Source: a virus
Lineage: Duplodnaviria; Caudoviricetes
Length of the DNA: 64,000 nt
Virus record (IMG/VR): IMGVR_UViG_3300032236_001024
Span: 64,001 to 128,000 of that record
Reading direction: 5' to 3' (one strand)
The stretch's first letter is position 1. Each line of letters opens with the position of its first letter. The position numbers and the translations under genes were made by a program. Under the pieces are notes generated by a model. It ran no database searches. It saw nothing but the letters and a program-made list of their open reading frames with translations, and was not told the DNA's origin. Below are positions 31,901-40,731 of this stretch, piece by piece.

Positions 31901-32662
31901 AATGGAACATCACAGTATCTTTCTGTTCCAAACGGTGCTGTGTCTAGTTTAGGAACAGCAACTGATTTCACTTTAGAAGCTTGGATATATCCAACTACAT
32001 TAACACCTGGTGGAGGTGGATTATCTAACGGAGTTGCTTTGTTTGGTGCATATGGTGCAACAGGAACTATTACGGGATTTTCTTTTTTCTTTTTAAATAC
32101 TGGTGCTTTATACTTTAGCTCTTATGTTGCTGGCACACAACAAGCTTTGCAAGCTACAAATAATTTTGTTACAACTAATAGTTGGCAGCATGTAGCAATC
32201 ACACGTTCAGGATCAACATATAGAATGTTTGTGAATGGTGTATCTGTAACATTTACAGGTTCAATAACACAATCACTGGATACTACTAATCCAGTTAATA
32301 TTGGCGGATTAGTATATACTACATATTATGATTATTTTACTGGATATATTTCTAACGCTCGTATTGTAAAAGGTACAGCTGTCTACACATCAAACTTTAC
32401 ACCTTCTACATCACCATTAACAGCAATAACTAATACATATCTTCTAACTTGTCAATCTGCTATAGTAACAAGAGATAACTCAACTAACGTATTTACAATA
32501 ACAAATACTGGAACAGTAACAGCAATTGATAATTTTACCCCATTTACTGCTTTGGCTAATACTGCACCAACAATTACATCTGGTACAACATTAAGAAAAC
32601 AATATGATAGTGGTAATATACAAATTATTAACCAATTCGATGAATCAACAGGAACAGCATAA
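28904..32662 (+). CDS. Concanavalin A/LamG-like lectin array protein (5 domains)
   Basis: Five LamG-type repeats (FTIECW, FTVEAW, FTFDAW, FTVECW, FTLEAW). TAATG coupling to 28272. Confidence 0.85.
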   Translation: MANTVSKVANTGIMYTKGEIDELSINPNAQGSISFNGSSQYLSLPASSAFAFGTGDFTIECWVNPTTAPISTPVASTVKAIYGYRNGADTLPYLYWAFTGGVSFAGDITTYLASNVQLTLNVWTHIAVVRIGTAMNMYINGTSVASNSSVTQNFSDSANVRYVGFFNGTNGYYWPGNISNLRIVNGVGVYTGAFTPPTQQLQKLQLAGTNIAALTNSANTSLLLNTLYNNAFIDSSDNNFTVANTASPTSTPQQPFNPDGNYSYNTNTSSTTSGAYITAPANVNYAFGTGDFTVEAWVYITTAAGSSAFFGPWTGTASTSAWVFTQGATATNLRFGVSNGSATTFVEGTGGLTSINKWIHIAAVRISGNIVLYSDGVSVYSGALSQNISVSSQVLQINGINGLTFLTTGYISNVRVVKGVGVYTGTFTPPTTPLRAIQSAGANIAAITGNTTVFTSLLTCQSKTLKDNGANNVTLSVPSTIKPVLYSNTIPFSNVSFANSGLPVSKHYSNGALQIVGSLDEVSLNTNMAGSVSFNGTTQYLVLPLNEAFNIGTGDFTFDAWIMPTNATIPQWACIFGGVNYGSSSDYVFQAGSGPNVGNYPYANFTNSQADNINSSVALVPFKWQHIALSRKSGVTAMFIDGVLTGTYYNPNNSMNNTLQKGIGGGYNGNVNTLFPGYISNVRLVKGLAVYSGIWNSPTTALTTTSQNATAAQVSLLTAQSATIVDNSTNAFTITNNNTVTSGNSIIPFASTYSYQFNGTSQYLTVPNNAAFQFGTGEFTVECWVYPTAAADAAIYSKRATSSIYAGVSVHTTAAGFFAVFLANAGGTAWTISNTTVSAYSINTWYHIVVTKKTTLYGSHIYFYVNGSLKYRGTMNTGASVAIFDDAAAVAIGAGSSTTPSFYFPGYISNLRVVKGTALYQNQTIFTPPSRSLDTTQQASANIAAITNKSQVSLLLETAKLNYIDTSLYSHAITKGGTPPSSVQSPFLTNPSGYFSNLFNGTSQYLSVPNGAVSSLGTATDFTLEAWIYPTTLTPGGGGLSNGVALFGAYGATGTITGFSFFFLNTGALYFSSYVAGTQQALQATNNFVTTNSWQHVAITRSGSTYRMFVNGVSVTFTGSITQSLDTTNPVNIGGLVYTTYYDYFTGYISNARIVKGTAVYTSNFTPSTSPLTAITNTYLLTCQSAIVTRDNSTNVFTITNTGTVTAIDNFTPFTALANTAPTITSGTTLRKQYDSGNIQIINQFDESTGTA

Positions 32663-32688
32663 ATATGAAAAACAATAGGATTTAAAAG

Positions 32689-33432
32689 ATGGCAAAATTA
32701 CTTGGTGGTTCTAGAGTTTACGGTTCGTTGACAGTTGACGGTGCAATTATTGCAGGCGTGGGTGGTGGTGGGTTTCAAAATATGGTTGTGTTTACAACTG
32801 GAACGAGTGCGACATATACCTTTCCTACTGCTCTTCAAACTCCTGGAGCAAGATTTAAAGTAACTGTAATTGGTGGTGGTGGTCAAGGTGGTGGAACTTC
32901 AACCACTGCGGGAATGACTGGGGCTGGAGGAGGTTCTGGGGCTTTAATTGCTGTCATATTAACTGTCGTTTCTGGTCAATATACATTAACATATACTGTT
33001 GGTTCAGGCGGTGCTGGCGCTGGTACAAATTCTACAGGAACTCCTGGTGGCGCTTCCAGCATTACATATAATTCATTAACATATACAGCAGGTGGTGGGG
33101 ATGGTGGTCCTACAGCTACAGCAGGTAATTATGGTTTTGGTGGTACTGTTACAGGGCAAATTACATCAACTACTACTAACGCATTAGTTTTAACAGGTGG
33201 TCAGAGTAGTTATTCAGGAACTTCTGCTGCTGTTAGTCCTATTAATGCGAAAGGAGCCGATACTCCATTAGGCTATGGATTTGGTGGCCCAATGCATGGA
33301 GTTAATACTGGTGCAGCTGGTGTAGCGGCATCTGGATATGGTGCAGGAGGTTCTGGCGCAAAAAATGGTAGCGGTACAGTTGCATATGCTGGTGGTAATG
33401 GTACTGGTGGCATCATTATTTTTGAGTATTAA
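32689..33432 (+). CDS. Glycine-rich phage adhesin-like protein
   Basis: VFTTG...TFP...G.RFKVTVIGGGGQGG...GGGSG...GAGG...G.GG.GIIIFEY pattern of Gly-rich tail-fibre-associated domains. Confidence 0.7.
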   Translation: MAKLLGGSRVYGSLTVDGAIIAGVGGGGFQNMVVFTTGTSATYTFPTALQTPGARFKVTVIGGGGQGGGTSTTAGMTGAGGGSGALIAVILTVVSGQYTLTYTVGSGGAGAGTNSTGTPGGASSITYNSLTYTAGGGDGGPTATAGNYGFGGTVTGQITSTTTNALVLTGGQSSYSGTSAAVSPINAKGADTPLGYGFGGPMHGVNTGAAGVAASGYGAGGSGAKNGSGTVAYAGGNGTGGIIIFEY

Positions 33433-33434
33433 AA

Positions 33435-34142
33435 ATGGCAAAACTTAGAGATACATCAGTTTCCGGAAACTTAACAATAGACAATTCCTTGCTATCTGGA
33501 ACTGGTATTCGTAATGGCTATCAAAATATGGCTATATTTACCACTGGTACTGCAGCTACATTTACATTTCCGGCAGCATTTCAATCTGCTGGTGTTAGAT
33601 TTAAAGTAACTATAGTTGGAGGTGGTGGTGGTGGCGGTGGTACAAACTCAGTTACTGGCGCTTGTGGCGGGGGTGGTGGTGGTGGCGGTGTATGTATAGC
33701 GTATTTAACCATGGTTAGCGGTGTTTATACTTTAACATACACTGTTGGTGCTGCTGGTACTGCTGGAGCAGCTCTTGGTTCAGGTGGCGGTGGAGGTACA
33801 TCTAGTGTTGTTTATAATGGCGTAACATATTCAGCAACTGGTGGTGGTGGTGGTGGACCGTCTACTTCAGGAGTTGGATATGGTACAGGAGGGACTGGAT
33901 CGAATGGAACTTTAAATATACAAGGCGGTTATGGCGCTAGTGGTAGTCAGAGTAGCGCAGTAAATCCTACATGGGGATGGGGCGGAATACCAGCTTTAGG
34001 TTTTGGAATAGGATATTTCATTGGTGGTGGTGGTGGAGGATATAATTATGGGGCGGGAGGTCAAGGAGGTAATAACACCACGCTTGCTACAGGCAGAGGG
34101 GGAGCTGCTGGTGCAGCTGGTCTAGTAATTATCGAATATTAA
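33435..34142 (+). CDS. Glycine-rich phage adhesin-like protein (paralog of 32689)
   Basis: Same FQNM.(V/I)FTTG...FKVT(V/I).GGGG framework and IIEY C-terminus. Confidence 0.7.
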   Translation: MAKLRDTSVSGNLTIDNSLLSGTGIRNGYQNMAIFTTGTAATFTFPAAFQSAGVRFKVTIVGGGGGGGGTNSVTGACGGGGGGGGVCIAYLTMVSGVYTLTYTVGAAGTAGAALGSGGGGGTSSVVYNGVTYSATGGGGGGPSTSGVGYGTGGTGSNGTLNIQGGYGASGSQSSAVNPTWGWGGIPALGFGIGYFIGGGGGGYNYGAGGQGGNNTTLATGRGGAAGAAGLVIIEY

Positions 34143-34152
34143 GGATAAACAA

Positions 34153-34488
34153 ATGGCTATTACGTATAATTTCAAAGTAACTAATATTAACTGCTATTCT
34201 GAATATGAATCATTAACTTATCTAGCATTTAATGTTTGCTGGATTTATATTGGAACAGATGGTGAATATACTTCTAATATGATTGGTAATACAGAAATAC
34301 CGTATGATCCTAACACAGAATACATTCCATATGGTCAATTAACAGAAACAGAGGTTATTTCTTGGATTGAACAATATACTGATCCTCAAGTTATTTCAGA
34401 TGCACAGACTCGAATTGAATTAAAAATCAATGAATTGAAAAATCCTATAAATACTATAAACCCTAAGTTGCCTTGGGATTTATCATAA
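34153..34488 (+). CDS. Small conserved phage protein following fibre genes
   Basis: YIPYGQLTETEVISWI...PW motif seen in small tail-associated phage proteins. SD upstream. Confidence 0.55.
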   Translation: MAITYNFKVTNINCYSEYESLTYLAFNVCWIYIGTDGEYTSNMIGNTEIPYDPNTEYIPYGQLTETEVISWIEQYTDPQVISDAQTRIELKINELKNPINTINPKLPWDLS

Positions 34489-34510
34489 ATAAAAGAAAAA
34501 AGAGAGTACC

Positions 34511-36880
34511 ATGGTAGATAATAATCAAACTCCAGATAATAGTCAACCAGTAGATAAGACTACTACCAAGAAATCTACGAAGATGCAAAAATCATCTACG
34601 AAAGGTGATGCTATTGATAAAGGTCATACAATGACAGGTTCAAAGCCTGATAAAATTGATATGAATCCTGAGTTCTACCACAATGTAAATAGTTCTTTTG
34701 AAGCTGATTTTGGTACTCCCATCAATGAATTGAATGTTCAGCAAAGACTTAAAAAAGCTTTGAATTTTAGAAAAATAAAGAGCAAAGTTCAATTGGCTAA
34801 AAAAAGAGCTATGCTAAGAAAAGGTACTGGTAAAGTTATTGCCAAGAGAGCCAAAGTACTAGCTATTAAAATGATTAAATCTAAACTTGCTGGAAATAGA
34901 GATATAAGTTCTCTTTCCCCTATGGAAAAGCAGAGAGTAGAAAAACTTGTAGGTAGAAGAAGTGATTCTGTAAATAAACTTGCTCTTCGTTTGATTCCTG
35001 CGGTCAAGAAAAAAGAAGCGAAGAGATTTCTTAAGAAAGAATCTATCGATCTTGATAATTTAAAGGAAACAGTAGATTTTATCAATGAAATTGTAAATAC
35101 ATCCGCTGGTGGTGGTGTAAGAGGAATGGGTCATTGTTCTGGTTATCCTGATGGCGAATCATCAAATTATGTACAGAATAATGTAAATGATGCAAATTCA
35201 TTGTCTCAACTTATAAATCAAACTGTCGATGACCACAATAGTATACATTATTCTGATGGTTCAACCAATCAAAATATTGCTCCAGATTCAGATACAAAGG
35301 ATAACATCATGGGTCAGAAAAAAAGTGGTGCTAAGGTAGCTAAAGAATCATTTAAATATGATCCAAATGATACCCACAAGAGAGATGATGGCACTGTTGA
35401 ATTGGTCAAGACATTCAAGCATGATACTCCCGGTGAAACAAAAAGTGTTAAGCCTATATTTAAAAGAGAAGTTAAAAAGAAAATCGATGAAGATTTTGAG
35501 GCATTTTTTGAATGTGATTGCGAACGTGAAGCTATGCCACGTTCTGGTCAAAATAGAAAAACAATGGATAATGTAATAAGAAATGCTACTTCTCGTAAAG
35601 TATCTGGTGGACCCTATCGTCAACAATCAATTCAGAAGAAGATCATTGATGAACAGTTGACCATTCTTGAGAATGCAGTTTCTTCTATTGATAGGGGTGA
35701 ATATGATTATGAAGGAGCCATGGCTCAGACACAACTTCAAACAATTTATCGTAACTCAAAAGAACTTGTTGATATGCTCAAAGCAGATGAAAACATGCCT
35801 GAATGGGTTCAATCAAAAATTTCTTTAGCACAAGATTATATTTCTTGTGTACGTGATTATTTACTTTCAAGAAAAGAATTGGGCGAATCATATCATGTAA
35901 AGAGTCATTCTGTATATGGTAAGGTCTTAGCAAAAGATGGTGAAGCACAATTAATGACTTATGATAGAGCAATGCATCATGCAGCAAAACATGGTGGTTC
36001 TATTTTAAAAACAATGAGTGGCAAGAAATATATTGTAAAACTTCCTGAAACAATGGATGATGGTCATGAGTTGAATCCACAGACAGTTAAGGAAGATTTA
36101 AGAAATTGGTTTAATCCAAATCATCCTGAAGGTGGATGGAAGAGAATTAATTCAAAAGGTGAAGCTATTGGACCCTGTGCAAGAGAATCAGGTGAAGCAA
36201 AACCAAAATGCATGTCAAATGAAAAAAGAGCAATGCTCACTAAGAAAGAACGTGCATCTGCGGTAAGAGCAAAAAGAAAGTATGATTCAAATCCAGAGCG
36301 TAAAGGTGATCCTATCAACGTTTCAAATTTTGGCAAAGGAAAAATTTCTGAAGCAGCAAATGCAGCACAACAAGCAGCTATTGCAATTTCTATGAAGAAA
36401 AAAGGTATTAAACCGAAGAATGAAGAAGTAGAATATATTGATGAAAAGAATTCACCAACAAATCCTGCACTTTGGAGTAAAGCAAAAGCATTAGCAAGAG
36501 GTAAGTTTGATGTATATCCATCAGCTTATGCAAATGGTTGGGCAGCAAAATGGTATAAATCAAAAGGCGGTGGTTGGAAATCGGTAAGTGAAGAAACTAT
36601 AGATGAAGTTGCTGCATGGCAACGTAAAGAGGGAAAGAATCAAGAAGGTGGATTAAATCAAAAAGGTGTGGATTCATATCGTAGAGAACATCCCGGTTCA
36701 CATCTTAAAACTGCAGTGACAACTAAACCTTCTAAACTTGATCCTGATTCAAAGGCAGCAAAGCGTCGTAAGTCATTCTGTGCAAGAATGTCTGGGATGA
36801 AGAAGAGACTTACATCTGCTAAAACAGCTAATGATCCTGATTCACGTATAAATAAATCACTAAGAAAATGGAATTGCTAA
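34511..36880 (+). CDS. Modular basic protein; candidate prohead-protease-processed internal head polyprotein
   Basis: String of unrelated small modules (EDLRNWF...KPKC; LWSKAKALARGKFDVYPSAYANGW; AWQRKEGK...RRKSFCARM...SLRKWNC), each preceded by a Glu-containing linker. Late promoter upstream. Confidence 0.6.
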   Translation: MVDNNQTPDNSQPVDKTTTKKSTKMQKSSTKGDAIDKGHTMTGSKPDKIDMNPEFYHNVNSSFEADFGTPINELNVQQRLKKALNFRKIKSKVQLAKKRAMLRKGTGKVIAKRAKVLAIKMIKSKLAGNRDISSLSPMEKQRVEKLVGRRSDSVNKLALRLIPAVKKKEAKRFLKKESIDLDNLKETVDFINEIVNTSAGGGVRGMGHCSGYPDGESSNYVQNNVNDANSLSQLINQTVDDHNSIHYSDGSTNQNIAPDSDTKDNIMGQKKSGAKVAKESFKYDPNDTHKRDDGTVELVKTFKHDTPGETKSVKPIFKREVKKKIDEDFEAFFECDCEREAMPRSGQNRKTMDNVIRNATSRKVSGGPYRQQSIQKKIIDEQLTILENAVSSIDRGEYDYEGAMAQTQLQTIYRNSKELVDMLKADENMPEWVQSKISLAQDYISCVRDYLLSRKELGESYHVKSHSVYGKVLAKDGEAQLMTYDRAMHHAAKHGGSILKTMSGKKYIVKLPETMDDGHELNPQTVKEDLRNWFNPNHPEGGWKRINSKGEAIGPCARESGEAKPKCMSNEKRAMLTKKERASAVRAKRKYDSNPERKGDPINVSNFGKGKISEAANAAQQAAIAISMKKKGIKPKNEEVEYIDEKNSPTNPALWSKAKALARGKFDVYPSAYANGWAAKWYKSKGGGWKSVSEETIDEVAAWQRKEGKNQEGGLNQKGVDSYRREHPGSHLKTAVTTKPSKLDPDSKAAKRRKSFCARMSGMKKRLTSAKTANDPDSRINKSLRKWNC
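36847..36854 (+). promoter_or_regulatory. T4-type late promoter upstream of dps
   Basis: TATAAATA ending 27 nt before the dps ATG. Confidence 0.55.
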
Positions 36881-36881
36881 T

Positions 36882-37352
36882 ATGGAACAACTAATTGAAA
36901 GCATGAAAGTTCTTCATGCAACTAATTTTGCCTTTTATCTTAAGATACATTTTTTTCACTGGAATGTAACTGGTCCTAATTTTCCTCAGTATCATGAATT
37001 TTTTGGTGATCTTTATGAAGATATTCATAATGCTGCGGATGATATTGCAGAGCATATTAGAGCAATCGAAGGATATGCGCCGGGATCATTTCAGAGATTT
37101 AAAGAATTATCATTAGTTCATGATCAGCTTGATGTAATTCCTGCACATGAAATGTTCATTCAAGCTTCAATTGACAATAGTATTGTTATTGGAGCATTGA
37201 AAAACGCATACAGACTTGCAAATGATTATGATGAAGTGGGATTGTCTAACTATCTACAAGATAGAATTGACGCACACAAGAAACACGGATGGATGATCAG
37301 ATCAACTGGTATGCTTGGCATATCTACTGCAACATCCCCATCCTCAACTTAA
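36882..37352 (+). CDS. dps: Dps-family ferritin-like DNA-protecting protein
   Basis: HFFHWNVTGPNF...HEFF.DLY...D.IAEHIR ferroxidase signature and HKKHGWM C-terminal helix. Confidence 0.9.
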   Translation: MEQLIESMKVLHATNFAFYLKIHFFHWNVTGPNFPQYHEFFGDLYEDIHNAADDIAEHIRAIEGYAPGSFQRFKELSLVHDQLDVIPAHEMFIQASIDNSIVIGALKNAYRLANDYDEVGLSNYLQDRIDAHKKHGWMIRSTGMLGISTATSPSST

Positions 37353-37418
37353 TAAAAAACCTAAATATAGTATTATAAACAATTAATTACTTTATTCTAG
37401 GTCTAAAGGAGAAATAAA

Positions 37419-38252
37419 ATGGCTCAATGGGGTAAAAATGATACAGCATCAAATTCTGTATTGTGGGGAGTTTCTGGATTTAACAAGACTGCAAATTCCG
37501 CAAATCGTGATGCTTTTTTCGATAACGTTACTAGAGGTGCTTACATTACTAACATGATCGTTGGTCAGTTTGGTGTTGACGCTACAGAAGTTGGTATTCT
37601 AAATGGTAATGTTGTTCACATTACTTTAACTTATAATGGTTCTGGTTATAGTCAAAACGTGGCATTTTCATTCACAGGCGGTGGTGGTTCTTCTGCAGCC
37701 GCTACTGGTGTTGCCAATTCAACTGGTAGAATTGCATCAGTAATTATTACTAATGGTGGTTCATCTTATGAAACAAATCCAACAGTAACAATTCCTGCAC
37801 CTTATAGCAACACATTCAATTCTGCATCTGGCGTTCTTGCCAACAGTATGATTACATTCACATCAGCTGCATTATATGCTGTAGATGACCCAATTACTTA
37901 TTCAACTCCAGCTGCTAATAGTGCAATTAGTGGTCTTGCAAACAATACAACATATTATGTACAAGCAAATGATGGTACTCGTATTGCTTTTGCTGCTTCA
38001 GTTGGTGGACCAAGAATTACTCTTACAGCCAAGGGTGCTTCAGAAAGTCATAATCTAACTGGTGCTACAGCTACTGCAGTTGCAGTTGTTGGTGGTGGTA
38101 AGAACAAGGGAATTCCTCATGCTGGATGGAATGTTCGTAAGGTAGGAACTGGTGGTAGAGCAGGGCGTGTTCAGTATGAAACACTTGTTGCTTTAGGCAC
38201 AATTACTGGTGACGCATCTGACGATGCAGTTCTTCCTGACTCTAATACTTAA
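37419..38252 (+). CDS. Virion structural protein (T4-like conserved)
   Basis: MAQWG N-terminus and HAGW...GGRAGRVQYETLVA C-terminus recalled from T4-like structural proteins. GSGY...GGGG..A.A repeat. CTAAATA late promoter and SD upstream. Confidence 0.6.
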   Translation: MAQWGKNDTASNSVLWGVSGFNKTANSANRDAFFDNVTRGAYITNMIVGQFGVDATEVGILNGNVVHITLTYNGSGYSQNVAFSFTGGGGSSAAATGVANSTGRIASVIITNGGSSYETNPTVTIPAPYSNTFNSASGVLANSMITFTSAALYAVDDPITYSTPAANSAISGLANNTTYYVQANDGTRIAFAASVGGPRITLTAKGASESHNLTGATATAVAVVGGGKNKGIPHAGWNVRKVGTGGRAGRVQYETLVALGTITGDASDDAVLPDSNT

Positions 38253-38279
38253 TAATTAAAAACCAATAGAGGGTGCGTA

Positions 38280-39815
38280 ATGCCTAAAATTTCAGAATTA
38301 AACTCGATTACTAGTTTATCAAATGATGATCTAGTACCAGTAGTAAATGATCCTAGTGGCGCACCCTCTACTAATAAAATTACTTTTGATAACTTCAAAA
38401 AAAGTGTTACTAAAAATATTGTTTTTGAAGATGGAATGATACGAGCTAATACTGGTAATTTTGACATTTCTTCAAATAATAGTATATCATTACAATCAGT
38501 TGTCAGTAATTCAACTATTGGTTGGTCTGAATTATATTGGACAAATCTAAACCCTACACCAGCAAACAATGAAATGTCATTTGCAGATTTGTATGTTTGG
38601 GGCGATGGTATGGGATATACCATGGGCAAAGTACGACAAGATTTAAATTCTATTCAATTAAATGAATGGATATGGACAAAGGATGGTAATTATATCCTTC
38701 CAGATGGTGGAGACATTATTCTAGAAGGCAATTCTGTTATCAATCGTCCTATGTTGACGCCAAGTATTACTTATACAGGCACAGTAAAAGATTTCCCAAC
38801 GTTTTTTAATCTTTCAAAAGGTCATGCGTTACTTCACACATCAAACGGTCATGTCCTTGATAATGAAACACTATATTGGATAGAAGATAGATTTTACACT
38901 TCTGATTCAGATTTTAGTTTAGCTCAAACATTAGATTTTAATAATATAGGCGGAATTAATAATAATTTTACAATTGGAACCGATTCTGAAAACCTCTTAG
39001 CAATTGTAAATTTGCATAGCATATCTGTAATAACTGGTAATATAAGTATAACAAATCTTCCAGCATTAACATCATTTAATGCAAGTAATTTAGTATTTGT
39101 TGGTGGTAATTTATCTATTGATAGTATGGATAAAACAAATACTGTATTTAATTTTTCAAGTTTAAATCATATTGATGGTAATTTATCATTAACAAATAAT
39201 TCTGTTTTACAAACATTTCCACAATTTTCAGCATTAAAAATTGTTCAAAATATACAATATAATAATAATACTTCAACAACAGGAACGCCCATATTTACTA
39301 GTCTTGAAAATTCAGAAGCTATTATTTTTAATCAAAATTCTGGATTACCATATGGTCCTCAATTCCCAGCATTAATAACATCTCATGATATTTACATCAA
39401 TAATAATGTACATATGGCTACTGCGCCTGTATTTACTAATTTGATAAATGCATATGGTGCAATTGAAATAAGTGAATGTGCTGTATTGACTGCTGCTCCA
39501 GCATTTACTAATCTTGTATTATGCAATGGCAATATGATTTTACGTGCCAATCCTAATATGAATGGTGGTATTAGTCTTCCTGCACTTAAAACATTGAATG
39601 GTGATTTTATTGCTGATAATTGTTCATGGACAGATATTCAAGTAGATTATGTTCTTAATAAATTAGCAAGTCTTGACGGAACTAATGGCACTACAAGATA
39701 TCAGGCTCGTACTATTAATATGAGTGGTGCTGGTGCTTCTCCTCGTTCTCCAAATAGTTCCACTGCTTATTATGCACTTCTAAATCGTGATTGTAATATT
39801 ATTCTGAGTACTTAA
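38280..39815 (+). CDS. Structural protein with receptor L-domain-like leucine-rich repeats
   Basis: MPKISEL...KIT N-terminal phage anchor motif followed by ~10 repeats of F/L.(S/A/N)L..(I/V).G.(L/I).(I/L)..N. Confidence 0.6.
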   Translation: MPKISELNSITSLSNDDLVPVVNDPSGAPSTNKITFDNFKKSVTKNIVFEDGMIRANTGNFDISSNNSISLQSVVSNSTIGWSELYWTNLNPTPANNEMSFADLYVWGDGMGYTMGKVRQDLNSIQLNEWIWTKDGNYILPDGGDIILEGNSVINRPMLTPSITYTGTVKDFPTFFNLSKGHALLHTSNGHVLDNETLYWIEDRFYTSDSDFSLAQTLDFNNIGGINNNFTIGTDSENLLAIVNLHSISVITGNISITNLPALTSFNASNLVFVGGNLSIDSMDKTNTVFNFSSLNHIDGNLSLTNNSVLQTFPQFSALKIVQNIQYNNNTSTTGTPIFTSLENSEAIIFNQNSGLPYGPQFPALITSHDIYINNNVHMATAPVFTNLINAYGAIEISECAVLTAAPAFTNLVLCNGNMILRANPNMNGGISLPALKTLNGDFIADNCSWTDIQVDYVLNKLASLDGTNGTTRYQARTINMSGAGASPRSPNSSTAYYALLNRDCNIILST

Positions 39816-40210
39816 TGAATATTGATAAACTTGATGAGTCTAATTTTTTATTATATGCAGCAAAACATTATGAAAACCCACAGTGTTATGATACCGTCGA
39901 ATTTTATGATGATCTGAAAAGATTTAAATATATAAAAAGATTATTTAATAGGTATGCAGAAGAAGGTGATTTGAAAGAACGATTAATATTGAATCATATT
40001 ATTGTTCTTATCAATGTATTTGGACCAGAACCAACAGCAAAAATGTTGTTTCTGAAATGTAAAGGACTGGAAGAATATTTAAAGCCATTTCTTTTGTTTT
40101 TAAATATTCTACCAGAAAAGATAGAGAATCTTGGTATAGAAAATAGAACCATATATACTATGGAAATAAAAATGGATACAAATATCCTACAGGAACTAAG
40201 GAAAATATAA
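39815..40210 (+). CDS. Conserved T4-like hypothetical protein
   Basis: NFLLYAAKHYENPQC...EFYDDLKRFKYIKRL...ERLILNHII motif, usually found upstream of T4-like primase. Confidence 0.75.
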   Translation: MNIDKLDESNFLLYAAKHYENPQCYDTVEFYDDLKRFKYIKRLFNRYAEEGDLKERLILNHIIVLINVFGPEPTAKMLFLKCKGLEEYLKPFLLFLNILPEKIENLGIENRTIYTMEIKMDTNILQELRKI

Positions 40211-40731
40211 TGGTTGTAGATGCATATTTAGTCTATAGTTTTATTAGAAGACTAGTCACACCATTTGAAAAGTATCCAGCATTCAAGGCTGGATTGATCG
40301 ATAAGGATGGAAACTTCACCAAGAGTAGAAATATGTTCACTCCTGATGAACGTAAAGCACTTCCCATATTTGATATTATGATTATCAATTTGAAGAGACT
40401 GATTGCCAAAGTTCCTTTAGGCAAAACACGCATCGCTACTATTGCAGCTGCATTGATGCTTCTAAGATCAAAGCCTTCAGCTAAAAAAGTACAAGAAGAT
40501 TATGTTGATGAGTTGTTTAATCTTGAAGAAGAATTACTTAAGACTATGGAAGAAGTAGAATCTGTTATGGAAGATGGTGCAGGTGCAGTAGTAAATAATG
40601 CTGGAGGTGGTAGTATTGCTGGATTGGGTGATAAACCATCTGTTGTAGTTGTTCCCAATAAAGCGGCAGAAAAATATAAAAAGAAAAACAAAGCTGATAT
40701 TATTATGGGTGTAGTAAAAAGGAAATTATAA
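40210..40731 (+). CDS. Conserved T4-like hypothetical protein
   Basis: YSFIRRLVTPFEK.PAF..G.ID.DG motif of the conserved pre-primase gene. TAATG coupling on both sides. Confidence 0.7.
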   Translation: MVVDAYLVYSFIRRLVTPFEKYPAFKAGLIDKDGNFTKSRNMFTPDERKALPIFDIMIINLKRLIAKVPLGKTRIATIAAALMLLRSKPSAKKVQEDYVDELFNLEEELLKTMEEVESVMEDGAGAVVNNAGGGSIAGLGDKPSVVVVPNKAAEKYKKKNKADIIMGVVKRKL

